From the NCBI GenBank assembly GCA_024704765.1, contig JAKMXF010000055.1:751643-784642 (forward strand): a stretch of 33,000 nucleotides of DNA, read 5' to 3'. Shown one piece after another: positions 10,731-22,385 of this stretch. Every line of letters begins with the position of its first letter. The first letter of the stretch is position 1. Source of the stretch: Oopsacas minuta (taxonomy: Eukaryota; Animalia; Porifera). The translations under genes and the position numbers were made by a program. The notes beneath the pieces are model-generated. The model was not told the DNA's origin. It ran no database searches and saw only the letters and a program-made list of their open reading frames with translations.

Positions 10731-13041
10731 CACAGCCCTGAGGAAAAAAAAAATTATTTGCTGATTGTTATTGCAAAACATTTTCTAATCCACATTTTAA
10801 TACTGATTTTGAATAATTTTGTAAAATATACGTATCACGTCTAGTTTTTTTGCAAAATTATTTTCAAATATTGGTATATTTATCGATGAATGCATGATAC
10901 CTCACAAGTAAAATAGTGAAAATCTGCCATTTATAAAATTTTACTAAGAATTACAATAAAATTTTTATTGATAATATAATCTTAGTTAATAAATAATTTG
11001 AATATATTAGTCTGAATCAGGAGTAAATTTCCGTTTTTTGACATTCTAGCATGAATAACATCAATACAATCTCTCTTGAGGCACCAGCAGTAATCAGCCA
11101 TCATATGAACGTCCCACCTCCCGTGATATCGTGTTTCCATTGTTTTATGTCTTGGTGGAATCGTTCACCTTGCTCCTCGGAAACAGCTCCAAGATTCTCT
11201 GGAAAATAGTCAATATGACTGTGAAGAAAGTGAACTTTTACACTCATATTGCAGCCGAGATTCTTGTAAGATTCAATCAACTCATTCACAAGTATTTTAT
11301 AATTAGGAGATTTCGTATTTCCCAAGAAATTTTTCATGACATCTACAAATGCATTCCATGCACATTTTTCTTTGCATATCATAGAATTTGAAAAATTATC
11401 ATCTCGAACATGTTGTCTTATCTGAGGACCGTCGAATATACCGGCTTTTCTTTTTTCATCACTTAGGTAGTAAAATTTCTCGGTAATATATTTGAAACAA
11501 TTTCCTTCTTTATCTAATGCCCTTACAAACTGTTTCATCAATCCTAATTTTATATTAAGTGGTGGAAGCAAACTCTTGAGAGGATCCACTAGAGGCTCGT
11601 GAATAATGTTCTTATCTCCAACATTAAGATTGGTTCTAGCTGGCCAGCTCTTTCTAGAATAGTGTTCGCTCTTTGCACGACAGTCCCATAAGCATAAAAA
11701 CAAGGGTATTTTGTATATCCTGATTGCTGTCCCAAAAGAATGCATATGATTTTTAAGTCACCACAGATTACCCAATTGTGCAGGTTATAATTAATTTTAT
11801 GAAGCACAATTTTCATGTTATCATATCGTTCCTTTAAACTTACTGAATGTCCAATTGGTATGGAACTAAATTTGTTGCCATTATGAAGTAGAACACATTT
11901 CAAACTTCGTTTTGAACTATCAATAAAGAGTCTCCAATCATTAGGTACATACAGACATCCAAGAGCATTAACTAGCGGTGAAACATCATGACAAAACACA
12001 AATCCGTCTTCTATTATGAAATATTTCAAAAATTCGATCTCTCTGTCCCTATATGAGTAAAATTTTGTTTATGGGAGAAGCAAGTTTTTTTCTTTTAGCC
12101 TAGAACCTAACAACTCCGCAGATTCTTTAGGTAAATCTAAATCACGTACCAAATCATTTAATTCAGACTGATTAAATAACTGTGGAGAATTAGAACGAGA
12201 TAATACACACGGAATAAAATACTCATCTTCTCTAATTAATGATTCTCAAGTTTCACAATCATCAATTTCCGAGATAACACCCAAATTAGTAAATTTTGGA
12301 ACAGGTACATCAATAGAATGGGGAACGGGTCGTATTGCTGAATGTAAATTTGGATACTTGATCAATGACTTGGTTTTAGCATTGAATCCGGAAATATTCG
12401 CCATACAAAAGTAACAATCGCTAATGTGATTTTGTGGCTCTCTCCATATCATTGGAATTCCAAAACTTAACTCTTTCTGATTCCTTTTGTCCATTGTCTC
12501 AAATTTTCTACACAAGATCGGCACACTGTATGTGGAGCCCATGTTTTGTCTTGATCACCTAATCTCATTCCAAAATATTCTAAATATACTTTTTTAACAA
12601 ATCCTGTTATTGCCGTAGTTTGTTTAGAAGTCATAAAACTCCCACAAATATAACAAAAGACGTATGGATCATTACTGCACCTTCTCCGATAAGCCATATG
12701 ATAATAAAATATCAAAATAGTAGACTATAGTACAATAAAGCTGTATATAACAAAATAAAAATAAAAATATTATGTAGAAAAGAATGGAGTTAAAGGGACT
12801 AATTAGAAAATGCAATAAAGCACGCATCTGTTTATTTCAAAAGACAAAAATTCACACATGTATCAAATATAATCATTCATTCTAGGGAAGTGTACTTAAA
12901 AAATCGACTTACATTAAAATGACATTTGAGTAAAAACGAGACGTGATAGGGGAATTCTGATGACAGATTGAGAATCAGCATACTCAAGTTAACTAAAAAC
13001 AATCCATGGATAATAATCAGCAAATTTGACGCAGGGCAGTG
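10731..13041 (-). mobile_element. Chapaev3-type (CMC superfamily) DNA transposon, full length, 2311 bp
   Basis: Ends CACAGCCCTG / CAGGGCAGTG and TTA duplication (10728-10730, 13042-13044). Inverted subterminal TATCACGTCT.GTTTTT. Transposase reconstructs over ~12700-11000: FCYICG..WAPHTVCRSC..WREPQNHISDCYFC, WRLFIDSSKRSLK, ICGDLK, PPLNIKLGLMKQFVRAL, HFLHSH, SEEQGERFHQDI, MMADYCW. Three frameshifts and two stops. Confidence 0.88.
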
Positions 13042-13298
13042 TTATCTATGGTGCATATGGTGCTGTATTGATAAAATAATCCAAATACCGTTTTTCTGGA
13101 ATTCTTTGCACAATCACGAAGACGTAATAATGCCATGATGAGTATTTCGCAAAAATGATTACATCAGGCCATTGTGTATGATGAGGGGTAATCATAATCC
13201 ATTTTGGACACTATAACATCTATATTGCCTGAGAAGTGCCTCATAATGTGATATCTCAAAAAGTGACAATTGGTAATAATTTCGTCATAGTTGTGAAA

Positions 13299-15841
13299 CA
13301 GAGTGGACCATGGGTCGATGGGTCATGGGTCACGGCTCCGTGACCCATGACCCATGTGGAATTTTTATGGATTATTCAGTTTGCAAATCACTCATAATTA
13401 TTGCGATATTTTCAAAAAATACTTAAGACATGCCAACAGATTATCCATGGTTTATTATGTCCATTTAGTCGTATACTAATAGGCTTACGCATTATTTTGA
13501 TATTGTATGTACTTAAAAATACTTCCATACCTTAGTTACTTACACACATATCTCACTATTCTATTGCCAAGTTTCAAATATATTTAGTAATTATGAATAA
13601 AGTTCACGGGACTTATCTACAATGAGTTTATATATATACATTATTCAATTAGTTAATATATTTCAGTTAGATGTCATGGTCTGCATCTTCTCTACGCGAC
13701 GCTATTCGCAGGAATGAAGTTACATTAAAAGAGAATTTGGATAAATCGGTCAAGTCCGAATGTTGGAAATCTTTTCGAATTCTGGAGCAAAGTGATGGTA
13801 GCGAAATATTTGGCTGGTGTTGTTGTAACCGATGTTACTGTTGTATCCAATACAAAGCTGTAAAGGACGATTCAGTCAAATTATTTGGAACGAAGAATAT
13901 GATTGACCACATGAGAACTTGCGTTTCGTTGTCTAACTCGTTACAGCCAACCTTAAAGTCTTACCTAAAACCGGTTCACCACAAATTTCCCAATGTTGAA
14001 GGTAAAGCAATCAAAGATGCAGAGGTTAAGATGGTAGTACAGGGTGGGACATCTTTCATTTTGTGGAAAATGTCGGTCTTCGTGAATTTGCCCAATTAAT
14101 GGTCCAGATGGGCAGTAAATATGGTAATATTGATGTTGCTGATCTCCTCTATAGTCGCCAAACTATTCAACGTTCTACCTTTTTGAAAATGAAGGAATGT
14201 CAGGAACTAATTCGATGTAAAGTTGCTCAGTATGGTCAGCAAAAATGTGTCTCATTTACTACAGACCTTACTACAGACGATGTAAATAAGAACAGTTTTA
14301 TGGACTTTACAGTCTTCTGGATCACTGAGGACTACGAATTATGTCACGCTATGTATAAGTGTGAATACTTTGAGCAACGGCATACCGGATACAATATTAA
14401 ACAAGCTATTGACTCCATTTTATCCGAATTGAACCTTGATATTTATGACACCCCATGTACAACCGATAAGGGTTCAAACATTATAGCAGCTACAACTGAT
14501 AAAACCCATGTAGATTGTCTTTGTCACAGATTAAATACTGTCATAGATTCAGCTTGGAAGGAAATTCTTCAACAGAACGAAGAGTTAATGTATCTTGATC
14601 AATTTTGTCATGAATTGGTAAGGTTTGTCAACCACTCTTCAGGAATACAGAGTAACCTTCCTTCTACTCTGAAGCACGGAGGATTGACTCGACCTTGGAG
14701 AAGCTTATCAAACATGTTCGTCTCAATTTTGAAAAGTCGTGAAGCGTTATTGTTTGAATTACGCAACCGGAAAAGGGAACATCTTATTTCGCGTATAAAT
14801 ATTGATTTACTGCGTGATGTGGTAGACTTTTTGGAGCCTTTATCTACTTTCTTTGATATGCTTGAATTTGCCAATGTGCCGACTCTTCAAAATGGCTTGC
14901 CAGTATATTACACACTTTATGAGACATGGAAACCTAATGATTCAGATAATACGATCATTACGACTTTAAAGTCCAAGTTCCTAAAGTTTCTAACTGAAAA
15001 ATTTTGGTCAAGTTTGGGAATGTTGCACTTTGTGGCTACTTATTTAGATCCTTCTTTGAGATATTTTGCCTTTGTGACATCTGTAGCGGATAGGAATTTA
15101 TTTCTAGTTCAAGTGTTAGAAAGTATACACGTTTTGTCAGAAGATATAACACTAGATGATATAGGTTGTGCTAGTAAAGATGTTACAAATGAACCTGAAA
15201 CTGAATGTATGGGCGAAGCTACTCCTACATAAAAGAAGAAGACAAATCCATTTAGTTGGTTCTACAGTATTGAGATGGCCTCCCAAAAATCTACCGATGG
15301 AATGCAATGTTCTGAATCATTAAGAGGAACAATTGAAACCGAACTGTTTCAGTATAATTTAGAAAAAGCGCCACAACCTCGAGTCGGGTACAATCCACTC
15401 GAGTGGTGGGAAGAAAAACAGATACTTTATCATAACCTTGCTCAGTTGGCGAAAAGAGTTTTTGTAATACCCGCTTCGTCGGCAGAAAGTGAACGTCATT
15501 ATAGTGCATTTAATGCTAGAAACATAATTACGCCAATGAGAAACCACCTGAACCCAGAAACTGTATAGGCAATTTCTGTAGTGTTAGATGGGTACAATAA
15601 TAGTTTAATTGATTAGCATCATTTAATTATGGTTGTTACTAGTATAGACTGAGTTTCGTGTGTGTTGTTACTACTATCTGATTAGATTTTTAGAAATTGA
15701 GTCACATAATGAGTCAATGGGTCAGTTGATGGGTCAATGGGTCGGATGGGTCCTGGGTCAATGGGTCAATGGGTCATGAGTCTCGGATACGATGGGTCAG
15801 ATGGGTCATGGGTCACCAATGGTGACCCATGGTCCACCCTG
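13299..15841 (+). mobile_element. hAT transposon (Ac/hobo/Hermes-like) with BED zinc finger, full length, 2543 bp
   Basis: Perfect 8-bp TSD TTGTGAAA (13291-13298, 15842-15849); 18-bp TIR CAG(A/G)GTGGACCATGGGTC. Transposase 13671 to ~15615 carries BED (CWKSF..CNRC..GTKNMIDHMRTC), FTTDL, TTDKGSNI, CLCH, TRPW and ASSAESERHYSA. One frameshift (~14055) and in-frame stops at 15230 and 15566. Confidence 0.95.
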
Positions 15842-16869
15842 TTGTGAAATTCTATCTAAGACTTAAACATGTCCGAGACATGCACCAAATACCGTTGTAT
15901 ATTTAAAATAATCCCTGGAGTTCTTCCAGTTACTTCAATCGATTCTGAACATACAAACATAAATACAGTATATTAATCACATTTATAGCAAAGAATATGT
16001 GTTCTTCTATACAAATATAGCACAAAAATTGATCATTCAAGAAAATTTGTATTAGCCCACTTAAAGAAGTAAAGTTCAACTTTCTGAGGAACAGTCATCT
16101 CTAAAGTATACCTCCTACCCTACTCGCTGCACATAGAGGTTAGGTTCTATGAAATATATGAAGGAGGACCAAAATATTCATGGATGTTTTTCAGCATATT
16201 GGTTCAAATCCAAGCTCCAAGGATTTTGTCTTGGCTCCCCCTTTGGCCGGAGTTTAAAATCGTTGATAATCTACCGTGTGCGTCAGCAGAACTTCGGTAT
16301 AAACCAGTGGAAATCAAAGGTTAACGATGGTACCAAAGACGCGCGGAATGACAACAATCATCTCAAAACATTTATAAGAATTTCAAAATTTTCACAATTC
16401 TTTGACATACCACTTGATCTGATCTTGGCAATTAAGATTTATGGGTTTAACTATTGGTATATTCATATCTATTCAGATTATAGACACTAAAGCAGGTTTA
16501 TTAAACTATCAAAAAAATAACTTAATGCCTAGATTCTATTCCGCAAACTTCTTTAGTTGAATATCTATTAAACTTGGGACAATTTTAGTGAATAGAAATT
16601 CTGTGGCACAACTATACTGAGTCGTTCTAATGGTCGATATATGAACCCTCAATTTTATCGAATTAAATCAGAATACAATAGGCCGCTGAAGTGTGTCTTT
16701 CAAGACACGAAATGTTCGAACACAACGCAGCGATAGTAAGCCTGTGCTCGCTATCAGAATATATATGGGAAGCACACCAAAAATTCATAAAAATAATACC
16801 AGCAGATTTCGTCTATAAATAATTTTGTGCCTTTTAAGAACATAGGAACAAGAATAAATTCCCAGTAGT

Positions 16870-16952
16870 GGCACTGCATGGTTAACCGAGTACTCAGGGC
16901 AGTTAACAAATAGTAGCGGTAAACCGTTTAGTAGTTGAAAAATCCAGCCTAG
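16870..16952 (-). repeat. Diverged terminal fragment of the GGTTAACC-rich MITE family also present at 19201
   Basis: The reverse complement (CTAGGCTGGA...GGTTTACCGCTACTA..GTTAACTGCC...TCGGTTAACC) aligns by eye to 19201-19285 (CAGGGCTGGA...GGTTAACCGCCGCTA..GTTAACTGCC...TCGGTTAACC). Confidence 0.5.
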
Positions 16953-17757
16953 TATACATTAGCTATGTATTTGACTGAAAGTAGGAGATCAAAATTGCTT
17001 AAATACCATACAAGTTACAAGCAGAATTCTTGTATTACCATTTTGTACCTCTCATAACCCCAAAAACAAATATTTCCCAGGAAAATAAACAGTCGTATAT
17101 TCGTATTTGATTAAAGCATAGCCTAGTAACGATAAGGCCTGATCACTGAATCAATTTTCACTAGACTAGGGATAAGAAAGGTGAAAATATATTGATTAGA
17201 ATTTCTATATTCGTTGATAATATGAAACTGGGAGAATTTTACTTGAATAAATGGATTATTGAAATGCAAGAATTCACAAAAGACACATTTGTACATATTT
17301 GATGATCGAAGTGAAGTCATTTGTCGCCATAATTTCCAAATATGTATTCAAAACTGCACCATCTTTGAAACTATTAAGAACTTTAATTATTAATCTATGT
17401 TCAAAATGTTGAAATACCAAATGATCTAAGACCTTCTCAGTACAAAATATACAAACGTTTTCACGATAAAGTTCCAATATTTCTGAGTCATCGCACAGAC
17501 CATGGATATAACGTTTGTCAATATCTACTTTAGACTCGATAATTGTGGATATCATGGTTAAATCAAGATAGTCATTCTATATGATAGACATATCTTCCTA
17601 TGCCTTTCTGATACATTTTAATATGATATCTCTCAAGATTACTGAGCAACCTCAAAAATGGCCATATTTTCAGATAATCATGATTTTGTCAAATGGATAG
17701 GAGATTTCATATCAAAATTTATCACAGAGGTGTGGGAAGTCACGTGTATATTATATA

Positions 17758-19045
17758 CAAGGGCCCCACAGAACTTTCAGACACCCATGTTCAAACTTGT
17801 TGCAACCTTCTAGTATTTCAGAATTACTAACAAGAGAATATTCCAAGTAATGATAATAAATTTTAGAATTTTCTCTTATGTATTTTCATATTCAAGCATA
17901 TTATTCGGCTGACCCTTGATAAATTTGCTATTAGATATTGCAATTCGAACGAAGTGATCTTCTTGGAATGATTTTTATGACTTTATGAGGGGTCTGAAAG
18001 GTTCGCAGTGAACAGTTCAAATGACGTTTTCGGCGATCAGTCCCCTTTTCGTGCAACTGTTTTTAACCCGCTCGTAAAATCCAAAAGAGGTAGGGGGCCA
18101 TTATTTCATGAGGAACGCACCATTCGCCAGGCAACTACAGTTACTGCTCAAATTCTGAACAAAGTAAAAGATTAATTCAAAGCGATCGAAATAATACTTT
18201 CGATCTGTCTGGATTTGAAATTACTGATAAACTACAGGTAGAAAACAATGCAATTACCACCATCCTACACGAGGTTTTGGGCATCACCAAGGTTCCTGCT
18301 CTTTGGATTCCTCACAAGCCAACTAATGAGTAGGAGTGGTTGATCGATTGGTGCATTTGTATGCTAACTAAATTCAGAAGTGAAGATTCAAGAGAGGTTA
18401 GCAAGATAATTACTGGAGATTCGAGTTGGATCTAGCAATATGACCCAGAAACAAATAAGAATCACCAATTTGGTTCTTTCCAAGTGAGGGCCCATCAAAA
18501 AGTGAAGCATTCTCGAAGTTCCGGAAAAGAAATGATCGCCACTTATGATTTCAAGAGTGGGCATATTGCACAAATATCTTGTAGAACAGAAAACTGTACT
18601 GCTCATATTATTTTAACGTTGTTATGCCACAGTTCTCCGAAATTGGCCAATGTTTCATCCAAGATTGAGGACATCTAAGATTTTTTGGCACCACGATAAT
18701 GCGAGCTCACACAAAACAATCGCAAATCTGGATTTCTCCGCCGAAAACTGGATTCAGGTATTTCTTCATCCTGCCTATACTCAAGATTTGCCTCCTGTGA
18801 TTTTTTGTTCCCAAAAGTTAAGAAACAATTGTGTGGAATATCTTTTGACACCCGAGAAGGAGTGACCGACTATAATTCTGTAAATTCATCCTTTCCAAAA
18901 GAAGATTGGAAAGAAAATTATAAATGGTTCTAAAGGATGAATCTTTGTCTACAATATTTTGGAGATTACTTTGAGAATATCTGACGATTGTAAGCTAGTT
19001 GAATAAATATAAGTATGCGAGTCCAAAATTTTCGGTGGGCCCTAG
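17758..19045 (+). mobile_element. Mariner (DD34D) transposon, full length, heavily decayed, 1288 bp
   Basis: TA flanks (17756-17757, 19046-19047). Imperfect TIRs CAAGGGCCCCACAGAACTTTCAGAC vs CTAGGGCCCACCGAAAATTTTGGAC. Motifs: MIFYDFMRGL, WIPHKPT, KIITGDSSWI*QYDPET, HHDNASSH, HPAYTQDLP.(CD). Many stops and frameshifts. Confidence 0.88.
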
Positions 19046-19200
19046 TATAAGCTGTGCTAAAAAACCATAATCGAAACGATTATCAAGGTATAAAGAATAG
19101 TAACAAAACAAATGACATCCATGGTCTCTTGGATAACTCAGAAAATGCAACCTCCTCATTAAAGTCTGCATATATTTTGTACATAAACAGTTTTAGAACA

Positions 19201-22200
19201 CAGGGCTGGAATTGGTTAGCCGATTAACCGGTTAACCGCCGCTATATACTAGTTAACTGCCAGGATAACTATATTCGGTTAACCGAAAGCGTCATTTCAA
19301 CCAAAATGTTTAGTATTCATAAGCGTTTGAGACATGCGAAATAAAATATACACGAATTTTGCTAATTTGGTATTTATGAGATGTCACATTTTAGGTCCGT
19401 ATTCTCAAATTTCAATAGTTTAGAAAGATAACATCGCATGACGATTGTATACATAATAGCTATGTAGTGATAATTTCAATTTTAGTCACAAAACATGATT
19501 GATTGTATTCAGTGGCGGCGCTAGAGCATCGCAAGAGGGGGTGCAATGGGGGATTCTGATAATTTTCAGGGTGTAAAATCATAATTCAGTTAACATAGAA
19601 TGTATTAATGATTTTAAGTGTTACTCAAATCTAGCGTTCTAAAGGATCAACATAAATTAATAACAAAAGGAAAATCTTAAAATCTAATCAAAAGTGCTAA
19701 ATTATAATTATATTGTTTATTAACACGTTTCCTAACTATTGGGCTGATGCGTGAAATTTCAGGCATTAATTATCCTGGAAGCCTCGTATACATGTGATCA
19801 GATAATTATTACTTCTATTGTGAGGATTCAAGATTTTAATAATATAAACGTTGTGAGTACGTATTCTGTCTACTTGTTCCAAATTCATTATGTCCAAAAG
19901 ACAACTCTGAATTATCTATTTCTGACTCTGTAACTGTTAGACTTTTCGATGTTTCAAATACGCCATCTGACAATCAGTACAAGCCAAAGCTTTCGATTTT
20001 TCCAACTCGTAGTGGAAAACGATTTCAAAGTGACTGGTATCTAAAGTTCTCATGGATTGACTACAGCCAAGAGAGAGATTCCATATTTTGTTTTGCATGC
20101 TCACACTTCCGTCAACATGACATTCATGATACTTCACTTCTATCGGCTTTCAGGATTGGAATCACGATGTCCAAAGCTTCAAAAACATGCTGATAGTTTT
20201 TCTCATAAAATGTCACTGATGGCCAAAGTTCAACAGGAGTCAATGACAGGTAGCGTGACAGCTCAATTGCACGCCATTTCGCTTAAACTGCTCGAGAAGA
20301 CTAGGTACTATTTGCGAACTGTGCTGAGGTAGTGAAGCTATGTGCTTGACAGGGCCTAGCCCTCCAAGGACATCGTGAGTCAAAAAGTAAGAGAAATTGT
20401 GCTAACATTCTCGAGATTCTGGCGCTCATTTCCAAGAAAGACAATAATTTTAGCACCAATTTAAAAGCGCTCAAGTATGCTCGATATACACACCACGACA
20501 TCCAAAACGAAATTATCGAAACTTTCGCGTCGCTAATAGGGAAAGATATTTTGAAAGATGTCAAATTGTCTGAATTGTTTTCCATTCTTGTCGATGAGTC
20601 CCGGGATGTAGCGAAAATTGAACAATTAAGTGTATGTCTTCGCTACTTAAAGGATGGTTCGCCAAGAGAAGAATATATTGGCTATTGGGAAACAGACGGG
20701 CTGAGTGCTGGGAAGCTATGCGACCAGATTATCAAGGTTCTTCACGAATTTGGTGTTGATATTCAGAACACATGCGGTCAAGGATATGATGGTGCGAGTG
20801 TGATGTCTGGAAGATTTCGTGGTATCCAGTCTTTGTTTCGGCAGGCCGTACCACACGCGATCTACGTCCATTGTTATTGCCAATACCTCATTCTAGTTAT
20901 TGTGGACTTTGTTATGCTGTGCCGTCTGCAGCTCGATTCTTTGCCCTCCTTTAAGATCTATACGTGTTTATTTCCTCATCGGTTCCACATCAAAAGTTTC
21001 TGGAACTACAAAACGAAATGCATCCCGGTTCCCCAAGCAGAGAGTTAAAGAGACAATCTGAAACGAGATGGATCTGTCAGTGGCACGATATCAATACTGC
21101 TTTAAAAACCATGGGACCGCTCATTGCTACACTCGAACACTTCGAGGAAATCGACTCCTCAACTGAGAGGCACACAACAGCCGATTGTTTTTTGAAGGGT
21201 CTAAATTTAGAATTCGCAGTATGTCTAATTTCATCTGAAGATATTTTCGGCAGAGCCAAGGCTAATATAGTTGTTCTTCAGAGTCCCGACAAGGATTCAT
21301 CACAAGCTGCAGAGTTGGTCCAAGTTTTACAGTCTGATATATAGGAAAAGCTCGTCGTCAAAAGTATATGGGAATTTCTCATGGAGAAAATTCAAACCCT
21401 GCTGGCGGAACATGATTTCTCGGAGCCTCTGGAGAAACGAAGTCGCCGTGTGAGATACGATACCCCGCCAGTTGTTGCCAAACCAAGAACGAATTCCGTG
21501 AACACGTTTTATACCATGTTTGAAAACCATCCTGGAGTAGTTATAAAGAAGATTTTCAAACGACGCCATGAAAGTTGCAGGGATCAATTCGCTCAACCCC
21601 AAACATCGAAAGAAATGCACATTCGTATCTGTTGAGAGCCTCACAAAATTCTCCAGGGACTATGCTGCTCATGCAGAGGAGCTGATTCATGAGTGGGCCA
21701 TACTGCAGAAGATGCTTGACAGTCACGAAAAGAATGCGGAAAAGGTCTCAGAAAGTCTTGGGATCTGCATCAGATTCTATCAGTTAATGCCGAACCACTT
21801 CCTATCTTATAAGAACTTAGTCTGATATGAATGGTACTTCCGATCACTACAGCTTTGTGTGAAAGGAGTTTCAGCTGCCTCCGTCGAGTAAAAACGTGGT
21901 TAAGAAATTCAATATTAGGGCAGAGGTTCTCAGGGCCGGGGTTAGTGACTCTCACAGATCGAAATGTGGATTACGATGTTTTCATGGAAAAGTTTTCGCA
22001 AACATGTCGATGATTCAATTAAAATAACCAATGTTGATGGAATACTTGTTAGTTATAATTAATAATATGAATAAATAATTCATACTTTAGACTCTTATGT
22101 GTTCCAGTTTATTTGATATGCTATTACACATAAATAAAATAAAATGCATAGATATCCCTTGAAACTTCGTCAGCACCCCCTGTAGGGGTGATGACAGAAT

Positions 22201-22338
22201 TTCAAGGCCTACTATAGCACCTCCCAGCACCTCCTTGGCGCCGCCGCTGATTGTATTAAGAATGAATGCAGTGGTTAACCACTATCATCTAAACGGTTTT
22301 AACCGCCTCCAAAATTCGCTTAACCAACCCGAGCCCTG
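19201..22338. mobile_element. ~390-bp hAT-type MITE split by a nested hAT transposon
   Basis: Ends CAGGGCTGGAATTGGTTAG / TTAACCAACCCGAGCCCTG, with GGTTAACC motifs near both ends. The flanks TAGAACA / TAGGACA are only an imperfect 7-bp match. Confidence 0.6.
19510..22249 (+). mobile_element. hAT transposon (Tip100/Blackjack, ZMYM1-like transposase), full length, 2740 bp, dead
   Basis: Perfect 8-bp TSD ATTGTATT (19502-19509, 22250-22257); TIR CAG(T/C)GGCGGCGC. Motifs: TTF-type zinc finger (KRFQSDWYLKFSWIDYSQERDSIFCFAC), FSILVDESRDVAKIEQLSVCLRY, GQGYDGASVMSG, YVHC, SETRW, and dimerisation-domain LPITTALCERSFSCLRRVKTWLR. Multiple frameshifts. Confidence 0.93.
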
Positions 22339-22385
22339 TAGGACATTTGGAATTTTAAGATTTTGGACATAGCTTAATAATTAAT

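Noticed and set aside
15717-15832. ATGGGTC array as CRISPR or telomere-like repeat
   Set aside because: It lies inside a TSD-bounded hAT end, has no unique spacers, and is best read as subterminal repeats.
16149-16490. 113-aa plus-strand ORF
   Set aside because: No recognisable domain, no splice support and no element boundaries.
2083-21955. ORF-track entries antisense to transposases (e.g. 2083-2319, 11131-11391, 14608-14874, 20301-20585, 21327-21644)
   Set aside because: They are shadow frames of the transposase relics on the opposite strand.
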